From Chthonomonadales bacterium (GTDB lineage Bacteria; Armatimonadota; Chthonomonadetes; Chthonomonadales; CAJBBX01): a stretch of DNA of 64,000 bases. A model generated the notes under the pieces. That model saw only the letters and a program-made list of their open reading frames with translations, did no database searches and was not told where the DNA came from. The stretch covers positions 1 through 64,000 of the forward strand of contig JBBIPC010000018.1 of NCBI GenBank assembly GCA_037443035.1, in the 5' to 3' direction. Shown here one piece after another: positions 57,161-64,000 of this stretch (position 1 is its first letter; each line of letters begins with the position of its first letter). A program made the translations under genes and the position numbers.

Positions 57161-58600
57161 ATGTCTAGCGACTCCGTCACCGCCGCCTTGACTGCTATCG
57201 GCTTCCTGGCAGCGTTCGTCTGCTGCGCCGCGCCGCTTTCGGCAGAGCCGCGCAATCCCAACACCGACTGGTTCTACAAGGCTGGCTGCGGGGTGTTCGT
57301 CCACTACCTCAACGGCCTGCAGAACAACCGCGAGCAGATCCACAGCCTCGGCAAGGAGACGAGCTGGGATCAGTGTGTCCGGGAGTTCGACACCGAACGG
57401 TTCGCCGAGACCATGAAGCAGGTCGGTGCCGGATACGTCATCTTCACGGTCATGCAAGTGACTCGCCACATGATCGCGCCCAATGCTACCTATGACCGCA
57501 TCAGCGGCTACAAACCCGGCGAGGCCTGCGCCACCCGTGACCTCGTCCTGGACCTGCACAAGTCCCTGAGCAAGCGTGGCATCCCCCTCATGCTCTACTG
57601 GACCGGCGACGGACCGCGGGCGGATCCCAAGGCCGGACCCGCGTTCGGCTGCGGCACACCAGTGACCACCGAGTTCGTACGCAAGTGGGCCTCGGTGGTG
57701 GAGGAGTACGGTCGGCGCTACGGTGACAAGGTCGTGGGCTATTGGGTGGACGGCATGTACCCCTTTATCGGCTACGACGATGAGAAGCTGGGCATCATGG
57801 CGCGCGCGCTCAAGGCGGGCAACCAGAAACGCATTATCGCCCTCAATCAAGGAGTGGACCCGAAGGTGATGTCCTACACCCGCCATGAGGATTTCACCAC
57901 GGGTGAGCAGAACCGGTTCTTCGACATGCCCACGGGCCGGTGGATCGACGGCGAGCAGTGGCACATTCTCTCGTTCCTTGGGCCTACGTGGGCTCAGCCG
58001 GGCTGTATGTACACCAAGACCGAGCTGGCCGACTACGTCAGCGAGGTCCACCGACGGGGCGGCGTCGTGTCCATAGATGTACTCCTCTACCGCGACGGCA
58101 GCCTGGACCGGTCCCAGGTGGAACTCCTCAAGGCAGCCATGGCCGCCGTGCGAGCCCGCCGCCCGCGCACCCCCGTTCCTCCGGGCAACCTGGCCTACAA
58201 GTGCCCCTCGCGACTACTCAGCTTGGACGGAAGCCACGAGCTCGTCCCCAGTGGGAGCAATGTCGCGCGTTACGGGGTGGACGGTCGTTTGGACACCGCT
58301 GCGCAAGGCGCTAATGAATGGCCGTGGACGTACGAAGTGGATCTCGTGGACACGGTACCGCTTCGGCGGGTGAAGGTGACCTTCGGCCCCCGTTACGCCA
58401 CGAAGTTCGCCATCCGAGTCTCAGCCGACGGCAGTACATGGCAGACCGTGCTGGAGAAGGACAATCACGATGGCAAAGCGGTGGAGGTAGCTTTCGAGCC
58501 TGTCGTGGCGCGCTATGTCCGAGTCCTCGGCCTGAAACCCGACGGGCCCGGCCAGCCAGGCGGCCAAATGTCCATCGCAGAGCTGGAGGCGTACCGGTAG
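57161..58600 (+). CDS. Secreted GH29 (alpha-L-fucosidase)-like TIM-barrel protein with C-terminal F5/8 (discoidin/CBM32-like) domain
   Basis: Signal ending APLSA. WF....GVFVH, FD...A......GAGYVIFT, RDLV, Y..RYG....GYWVDG and GG.V..DV. C-terminal NLA...VDG...VDL...VSADG.TW...ARYVRV...SIAELE. Confidence 0.7.
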   Translation: MSSDSVTAALTAIGFLAAFVCCAAPLSAEPRNPNTDWFYKAGCGVFVHYLNGLQNNREQIHSLGKETSWDQCVREFDTERFAETMKQVGAGYVIFTVMQVTRHMIAPNATYDRISGYKPGEACATRDLVLDLHKSLSKRGIPLMLYWTGDGPRADPKAGPAFGCGTPVTTEFVRKWASVVEEYGRRYGDKVVGYWVDGMYPFIGYDDEKLGIMARALKAGNQKRIIALNQGVDPKVMSYTRHEDFTTGEQNRFFDMPTGRWIDGEQWHILSFLGPTWAQPGCMYTKTELADYVSEVHRRGGVVSIDVLLYRDGSLDRSQVELLKAAMAAVRARRPRTPVPPGNLAYKCPSRLLSLDGSHELVPSGSNVARYGVDGRLDTAAQGANEWPWTYEVDLVDTVPLRRVKVTFGPRYATKFAIRVSADGSTWQTVLEKDNHDGKAVEVAFEPVVARYVRVLGLKPDGPGQPGGQMSIAELEAYR

Positions 58601-58625
58601 GTCGCCGGCGCCAGCCCGTAACTGC

Positions 58626-59900
58626 TCAGACGAGGTGGAGGGCTGTCTGGCGGTCACATAGGAGCCGACAGCCGTCCTGGGTGTAGACTACGTCCTCTTC
58701 GATGCTCAGGCGAAGGGGCGCGTCGTGCCACTCCGGCACCGGGGCGGTGACCGATAATTCCATGGTGAAGGCGTTGCTGTAGTCCAGCCGCACGTCGCCG
58801 CGGCCTGGGCAGCACTCCTGTTCCCACGGCAGGCCGATGAGGGGGCCGGGCTCGTGGAGCATGTATCCCAACGAATGGGAGTAGACGCGCGGATTGGGTA
58901 CGTTCTGCGCTCGTGCTCGTGTCAGGATAGCTCGCAATAGCTCGTTGCCCGTCATGCCGTGGCGGAACTCGTCCATGAAGATATCCTGCAGGCGGTTCGC
59001 CTCGGCCAGGACCTGGCGCAGTCCCTGGGGTGCGTCGACCTCCCCGTCACGCCGGACGTAGGCCCACTGCTGATGATCGGAGTTCAGGCGCATGTACCGG
59101 ATGCCCACATCGCAGTGGATGAGATCCCCAGGACGGATGACCTTGTCCAAGGGATCGTGCTCCGCGGCATCCTCCGGCGAACGGCGGATGCCGAAGTACG
59201 GCTTGAACGACACCTCCAGGCCGTTGTCCGCACAGATTTGCCAATAGCGCCACTCCAAGTCGTCCGTGGTGGTGACACCAGGCTCGATGGCTTCGCGGGA
59301 GTAGCACGCCGCGATGATCCGCTTGGCCACGCCAACCACGTGTTCCATGGTTTGGATGTCTGCCTCCGTCAACTTTGCCAGCCAGACCGTCGCAGCCTCT
59401 TCGGCGGAGACCAGCCTGTCCTCGAAGCCCGCCGGGAGCGCTTGGAGCAACTGGTTGTACAAGTTCCACGTGAGCCCTCCTGCCGCCCACTGAACCGATC
59501 CGATATTGATGCCGATGCGCCTTGGCGAACGCTCCTCGACGAGACCATGGAGGAGGCGCCACTGTTCGTCGGGCTTCTGTCCGCGATAGGGCCACAAGTA
59601 CAAGCCGTGCGTGTCCGTACCAGAGATGTTGATTCCCTCGACGCCATCGGCTCCTCGGTCGTGGAACACGAGGATCTGCAGAATGGGGCACCAGGTATCC
59701 ATGGGGATCATCGTCGAGAATACCGGATCGAGGTTGTCTTCTTGGCAGACGAGGATCCACATGTCCAGCTGCGCGGTGCGCATCGCCTTGGGTAGGACGA
59801 CCTGTAGACGCTCCTTCAGATTGCTCTCGATACGCGCGGCCCGCTCTCTCATGGGCAGCACTTCGGGCAGGCGCGTGGCGTGGCTATGCTCGTGTTCCAT
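58626..59900 (-). CDS. M24 family (Xaa-Pro aminopeptidase-like) metallopeptidase
   Basis: Pita-bread fold metal ligands: HCDVG, SD.Q, SH.LG..LH..G, MEL and IEED. Confidence 0.82.
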   Translation of the reverse strand: MEHEHSHATRLPEVLPMRERAARIESNLKERLQVVLPKAMRTAQLDMWILVCQEDNLDPVFSTMIPMDTWCPILQILVFHDRGADGVEGINISGTDTHGLYLWPYRGQKPDEQWRLLHGLVEERSPRRIGINIGSVQWAAGGLTWNLYNQLLQALPAGFEDRLVSAEEAATVWLAKLTEADIQTMEHVVGVAKRIIAACYSREAIEPGVTTTDDLEWRYWQICADNGLEVSFKPYFGIRRSPEDAAEHDPLDKVIRPGDLIHCDVGIRYMRLNSDHQQWAYVRRDGEVDAPQGLRQVLAEANRLQDIFMDEFRHGMTGNELLRAILTRARAQNVPNPRVYSHSLGYMLHEPGPLIGLPWEQECCPGRGDVRLDYSNAFTMELSVTAPVPEWHDAPLRLSIEEDVVYTQDGCRLLCDRQTALHLV

Positions 59901-59951
59901 GGCCGGGTTTCCTCCGATCTCGACCTCGATGCATGCAGCGGGGCTCCCGCG

Positions 59952-60962
59952 TTAGCCCTTCAGATACCGCTCGAAATGGTCCCGCACATGTTGCCACATG
60001 GCCTCGCTCAGCACATGACCGGCATCCTCTTCGATGAAATAGCTGAACCGCTCGGCGGCATCGTGGGCGGCATAGGCCTGGGCGATGCGGGGAAGGGCCG
60101 CTCGAACCTCCTCGATGGGGCTCCCATCGTCCAATGCGCCGAAGTTCAGATGGAGCGGCCGCGGCGCGATGAGGGCCACGATGTCGGGGATGTCGCCATA
60201 CTGCCGCCAGCCTGGAATGTAGTTGGGGAAGCAGTGGATGAGGTTCGTGCGCTCCATGGCGGCATAGGTGGGCATACAGCAGTTCCCGGCGAGCGCACGC
60301 AGGCGCGGCTCCCATGGGCCGACCAGCCACGTGTGCGTGGACCCCATGGAGTGGCCGTAGCATCCGAGCCGTTCCCTGTCCACCTCAGGCCGGCTCGCCA
60401 GGTAGTCCACAGCCCGGCGCATGTCCAGGATGTTCTTCCAGGCCATGCACTTCCCTGCCGCAACGTACATACCGAACAGATAGTGCTCCAAATCCCGGCC
60501 ACGCAGGTCCCTGGGAAAGTCCGGGTTGGGGCGCCGGTTCCGATCACCGAAGCCTGCTGCGTCCGGGCAGAGGACCGCATATCCCTCTTTCGCCAACGCC
60601 ACACCGGTCCAATGCATAGTGCCGAACTGGGTCTCGCGGACGCCCGCAGGTTCGTCCTTGCCCACGTCGTACTGACCGGCGTGCTGATGCCAGACGCAGA
60701 TACCCGGAACCTTGGACCGGTCCGACGCGCCATCCGGCATCAGGAGCCACGCAGCGATCCGCTCGTGAGGTTCCACGAGGTAGCTCACGCGCTCCAGTCG
60801 GTATCCATCCTTGGCCTCGACACTCTCGGTGCGTGCCTCGAGCCGACCGCAATCCGGCCAGGTACCTCCCAGACAAGCCTGGAGCTTCGTGCGCATCTCC
60901 TCGAACCGAGCGAGAGTGTTGTAGGATCGTCGTTCCACTGATGCTTGGCTTGGCTCCTCCAA
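59952..60962 (-). CDS. Alpha/beta hydrolase (dienelactone hydrolase / esterase-like)
   Basis: LA.EGY.VLCPD..GFGDR, D..RAVDYL.SRPEVD..RLG.YGHSMG nucleophile elbow, LIAPRP, D and GH. Start uncertain. Confidence 0.85.
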   Translation of the reverse strand: MEEPSQASVERRSYNTLARFEEMRTKLQACLGGTWPDCGRLEARTESVEAKDGYRLERVSYLVEPHERIAAWLLMPDGASDRSKVPGICVWHQHAGQYDVGKDEPAGVRETQFGTMHWTGVALAKEGYAVLCPDAAGFGDRNRRPNPDFPRDLRGRDLEHYLFGMYVAAGKCMAWKNILDMRRAVDYLASRPEVDRERLGCYGHSMGSTHTWLVGPWEPRLRALAGNCCMPTYAAMERTNLIHCFPNYIPGWRQYGDIPDIVALIAPRPLHLNFGALDDGSPIEEVRAALPRIAQAYAAHDAAERFSYFIEEDAGHVLSEAMWQHVRDHFERYLKG

Positions 60963-61155
60963 AGTGATGCTCGCAGCGTGCGTCCGAGTGGCTCTAACCC
61001 CGCCTCTCGCGCACTTTTCGGAGCAGGACTCCGTGACTCCTGCGTTGGCATACGCCCGCGCCGCGTCACAGTTGTGCTCGACGTACGTCTCTTAGGTGTA
61101 GAGGGCAACGAAGGGGAGAGAACCGGGACTCGCGTATGGCGCGGAGGACAGAAAC

Positions 61156-61956
61156 ATGAAGACAGAGCGTGCAACTAGCCTGCAAAGACTTCTGGCCGGC
61201 ATCCTCTGCGGTCTGGGGCTCGTGCTGGCACAAGCATCATGGGCAGACACACTTCGCGTGGATGTCGAAGGACGTACCGTTCGGTTTCGCAGGGATGCTC
61301 GGCCGTACATGGATCGTGGTGTCTGGATGCTGCCTGCTCGACCTGTTCTCGACGCAGGGCGCATCTGGAACGAATGGGATCCGCGGCAAAACGAGCTCAC
61401 AGTGTGGACGACCTTCGACAGGCTGACGGTTAGCACCAACAGCTACACGGTCGCGCGAACCGCCGGCCACCGCTATATCCTCTCGCGTCCTGTAGTCGTG
61501 CGGGGCGTTGAGCTTTTCGCACCGGTGGACTTTCTAGAGCTGTGCCTCGACCTGAAGGCGTATTACGACCGACGCGCCGAGGTGCTTAGCTTCGGCCGCG
61601 CAAGTGTTCGCTGGCACGGGGCCGAGCCATGGGATCGATGGCGAGACAATCGCCGCTACGACGATTGGTGGTCACCACGTGATGAACGACGCCGGTTTCC
61701 GTCTCTTACGGTACAAGTGCCAGCGTTCAGCTATTCGCGCAACGTGCGCGTTTCAGGGCAATGGGGCGGCACCTCTGTGCGCATCCGACTCTACCGATCG
61801 GATGGAAGAGAAGCCATCAACCGTACGGTCGCCGTTCGTGACGACCGCTGGTTCGTGGACCTCTCGCTAACCCGGGACGAGTACCGCGTCGTCGTCGAAG
61901 GTCTCGTGGACCGTTTCGTGCGTGAGACGCGCGAGGCGAGGTTCAGCGTGCGGTAG
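61156..61956 (+). CDS. Secreted protein with copper-amine-oxidase N-terminal-like (stalk) domain
   Basis: Signal ending ASWA. V.VEG..V.F..DA.PY...G..M.P.R.V......WD and P.V..G....P..FL. RBS GGAGGA. Confidence 0.65.
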   Translation: MKTERATSLQRLLAGILCGLGLVLAQASWADTLRVDVEGRTVRFRRDARPYMDRGVWMLPARPVLDAGRIWNEWDPRQNELTVWTTFDRLTVSTNSYTVARTAGHRYILSRPVVVRGVELFAPVDFLELCLDLKAYYDRRAEVLSFGRASVRWHGAEPWDRWRDNRRYDDWWSPRDERRRFPSLTVQVPAFSYSRNVRVSGQWGGTSVRIRLYRSDGREAINRTVAVRDDRWFVDLSLTRDEYRVVVEGLVDRFVRETREARFSVR

Positions 61957-61987
61957 CAGGAAGCACGGGACGATCCTCCATTCCATA

Positions 61988-62017
61988 GGCCCGCCATCCC
62001 CCGGGGGACGGCGGGCC
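61988..62017. terminator. 30-bp near-perfect palindrome, candidate terminator or stabilising hairpin
   Basis: GGCCCGCCATCCCCC/GGGGGACGGCGGGCC with one mismatch, followed by only a weak T tract (gcttcttg). Confidence 0.4.
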
Positions 62018-62104
62018 GCTTCTTGCCTCAGTAGCATGTATCCGTGCAGGAATCCCAGGTCTGTATGGCGTACCGTCGGTGAGAACTTGTAGGAGGTCAA
62101 CGAA

Positions 62105-63121
62105 TTGCGCACTTACCGAGCTCTCATTGTTGGCGCAGGCGGCATGGGTCGGGCATGGGCCCGCAATCTGAAGGAGTACGACCGAACGGAGATCGTCGGA
62201 TGGATAGATATTCGTTCTGGCGTCGCTCGACAGGCAGCCGGGGAACTGGCGCTGGATGCCATTCATACTGGTGAGGATCTGGCAACCGCCATCGAGTTGC
62301 TTGAGCCGGACTTCGTCGTGGATGTCACGGTGCCCGAAGCCCATCGCGACGTAACGGTGCTAGCGCTCGAGATGGGAGTACCCGTGCTGGGCGAGAAACC
62401 GATGGCACACTCCATGCAGGCCGCAAAGGAGATGGTGGCAGCGTCCGAAAGGACTGGCCTTCTGTACATGGTCAGCCAGAGCCGCCGCTACGATGCTAGG
62501 ATTCATGCATATAGGGACCTAATTCGCACTGAACTCGGGCGGCTGGGCATCCTCAACTCTGACTTCTACATTGGCGCGCACTTCGGCGGCTTCCGCGACG
62601 CCATGGATAGTCCCCTTATCCTGGACATGGCAATTCACACGTTCGACGCTGCACGTTTCCTGACCGACGCCGACCCCGTCGCTGTGTACTGTGAGGAGTT
62701 CAACCCTCATTGGTCCTGGTACAGCGGCGACGCGTGTGCCACCGCGATCTTCGAGATGACAGGCGGTCTCCGCTACACGTACCGGGGAAGCTGGTGTGCG
62801 GAAGGCATGCACACCTCCTGGGAGTCGGAGTGGCGCGCCGTGGGTGAGAAGGGCAGCGCGGTGTGGGATGGCACCGGGGCACCTGTAGCTCAGAAGGTCG
62901 TAGGAACGGGCGGATTCCATTCAGAGTTCGAGACCGTCACGGCAGAAGTGCCTCAGGGAGTGCCGTCCGGTATCGCCGGGTCAGTTCGGGATTTCGTGCG
63001 GGCATTGGATACCGGCCAGACGCCGATGGGGGAGTGCCACGACAACATCAAGAGCCTCGCCATGGTGTTTGGCGCGATCGAGTCGTCGCGGTCCCGGGCG
63101 CGTGTCGCCATTGACGTCTGA
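62105..63121 (+). CDS. Gfo/Idh/MocA family oxidoreductase
   Basis: VGAGGMG, DVTVPEAH, VLGEKP, VSQSRR and LDMAIHTFD. TTG start after AGGAGG. Confidence 0.92.
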   Translation: MRTYRALIVGAGGMGRAWARNLKEYDRTEIVGWIDIRSGVARQAAGELALDAIHTGEDLATAIELLEPDFVVDVTVPEAHRDVTVLALEMGVPVLGEKPMAHSMQAAKEMVAASERTGLLYMVSQSRRYDARIHAYRDLIRTELGRLGILNSDFYIGAHFGGFRDAMDSPLILDMAIHTFDAARFLTDADPVAVYCEEFNPHWSWYSGDACATAIFEMTGGLRYTYRGSWCAEGMHTSWESEWRAVGEKGSAVWDGTGAPVAQKVVGTGGFHSEFETVTAEVPQGVPSGIAGSVRDFVRALDTGQTPMGECHDNIKSLAMVFGAIESSRSRARVAIDV

Positions 63122-63208
63122 CCACAGCGTACGCGCTGCTGCGCGGCCGTCTCCTACAGGCAGACCGCTCAGACCGCTCGCAAGGCTGGGTGCTAGCCAG
63201 ACGCGCGA

Positions 63209-63280
63209 CGGGGACATCTCCTGCCCTCATCTCAGCCCAAATAAGCGAGACGTGGCTTCGAGCGGCCAGAGATGTCCCCG
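63209..63280. repeat. 12-bp perfect inverted repeat between convergent genes
   Basis: CGGGGACATCTC (63209-63220) and GAGATGTCCCCG (63269-63280), 48-nt spacer. Confidence 0.6.
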
Positions 63281-63307
63281 GAGATATAGGGGGCAAGGAT
63301 TCGAAGT

Positions 63308-63703
63308 CTAGCGCTTGCTGAACTGGAACCCGCGGCGGGCGCGCTTCCGACCGTACTTCTTTCGCTCTTTCACTCTGGGGTCACGGGTCAGATACCCCAG
63401 ACGCCGCAGCACGGTCCGCAATTCCGGATCCGCCTCCACCAATGCCTTGCTGACGCCGTGCCGAATGGCGCCTGCCTGGCCGCTGAGGCCACCGCCCGTG
63501 CATCGCGCGATAATATCGAACTTCCCCAAGGTCTCGGTGACTTCGAACGGTTGGTAGATGAGCTTGAGCAGCACATCACGGCCGAAGTATCGGTCGCCGG
63601 GTCTCTCATTCACGGTCAACTGCCCTGAACCAGGCACGATCCAGACCCGTGCAACCGCGTCCTTGCGCTTACCAGTTCCGTAGTACGAAACGCCCGTTGG
63701 CAC
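63308..63703 (-). CDS. rpsI: 30S ribosomal protein S9
   Basis: [37 protein letters not shown]...AR...QFSKR. Confidence 0.98.
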   Translation of the reverse strand: MPTGVSYYGTGKRKDAVARVWIVPGSGQLTVNERPGDRYFGRDVLLKLIYQPFEVTETLGKFDIIARCTGGGLSGQAGAIRHGVSKALVEADPELRTVLRRLGYLTRDPRVKERKKYGRKRARRGFQFSKR

Positions 63704-63706
63704 TCT

Positions 63707-64000
63707 TTACTCTCCCGCTTGGCCAGCCATACCCATCCATGGCTCAGGCTTCTGCGCCTGGTGCGGATGGTCCGGTCCGGCATAGACTTTCAGCTTGTTG
63801 ATCATTGCATCGCCCAGCTTGTTATGCGGCAGCATTCCGCGAACGACGCGTCGTACCGCCTCCTCCGGACGACCAGCGAGCTCTTCCCCACGTGAGCGAC
63901 TCTTCAGGTTCCCCGGCCAGCCGCTGTGCCAGTACAGTGGCTCGTCCTTCTTGCCACCGGTCAGCACTATCTGAGACGCGTTGACGATGATCACGAAGTC
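63707..64000 (-). CDS. rplM: 50S ribosomal protein L13 (5'-truncated by window edge)
   Basis: DFVIIVNA...LTG.K, HSG.PG.LK, V.GMLP.N.LG, KLKVY.G..HPH.AQKP. Directly upstream of rpsI. Confidence 0.97.
   Translation of the reverse strand, partial: DFVIIVNASQIVLTGGKKDEPLYWHSGWPGNLKSRSRGEELAGRPEEAVRRVVRGMLPHNKLGDAMINKLKVYAGPDHPHQAQKPEPWMGMAGQAGE

Noticed and set aside
59880..60941. 353-aa plus-strand ORF
   Set aside because: Antisense shadow of the alpha/beta hydrolase, with no recognisable motifs.
1..64000. CRISPR arrays, IS/transposases, integrases, prophage genes, rRNA or tRNA
   Set aside because: No regularly spaced repeats or diagnostic motifs seen by eye. Short or degenerate elements could have been missed.

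Overview
GC-rich bacterial chromosomal segment with about 52 densely packed genes. I found no rRNA, tRNA, CRISPR array or transposase. The two '[24 protein letters not shown]..REx [11 protein letters not shown]' prepilin-like/H-X9-DG genes and the many uncharacterised glycan enzymes suggest Armatimonadota, or more broadly a PVC-like glycan specialist (inference). Housekeeping genes: tlyA, a csp gene, miaB, glcDEF, a phosphosugar mutase, purC, an AddAB-like helicase-nuclease pair, an LCP protein, an acyl-CoA ligase, tdk, rpsI and rplM (partial). The 3' end of a type III restriction Res-like gene lies at the left edge. The most notable region is a ~15.5 kb co-oriented locus (10786-26337) under a consensus sigma70 promoter overlapped by five 10-bp direct repeats. 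It encodes a DeoR regulator, a pilin-like protein and small membrane partner, a class III aminotransferase, a D-lyxose-isomerase-like cupin, an FGGY kinase, a creatininase-like hydrolase, a UroD-like protein, a large polytopic membrane protein, a divergent GH130-like propeller and three uncharacterised proteins. Those three share a DG-x6-DPGG motif and may be an unclassified family of TIM-barrel glycoside hydrolases. The locus reads as a pilin-associated utilization system for an amino-sugar or aminocyclitol-containing substrate. All family calls come from motif recognition by eye; no database searches were run.
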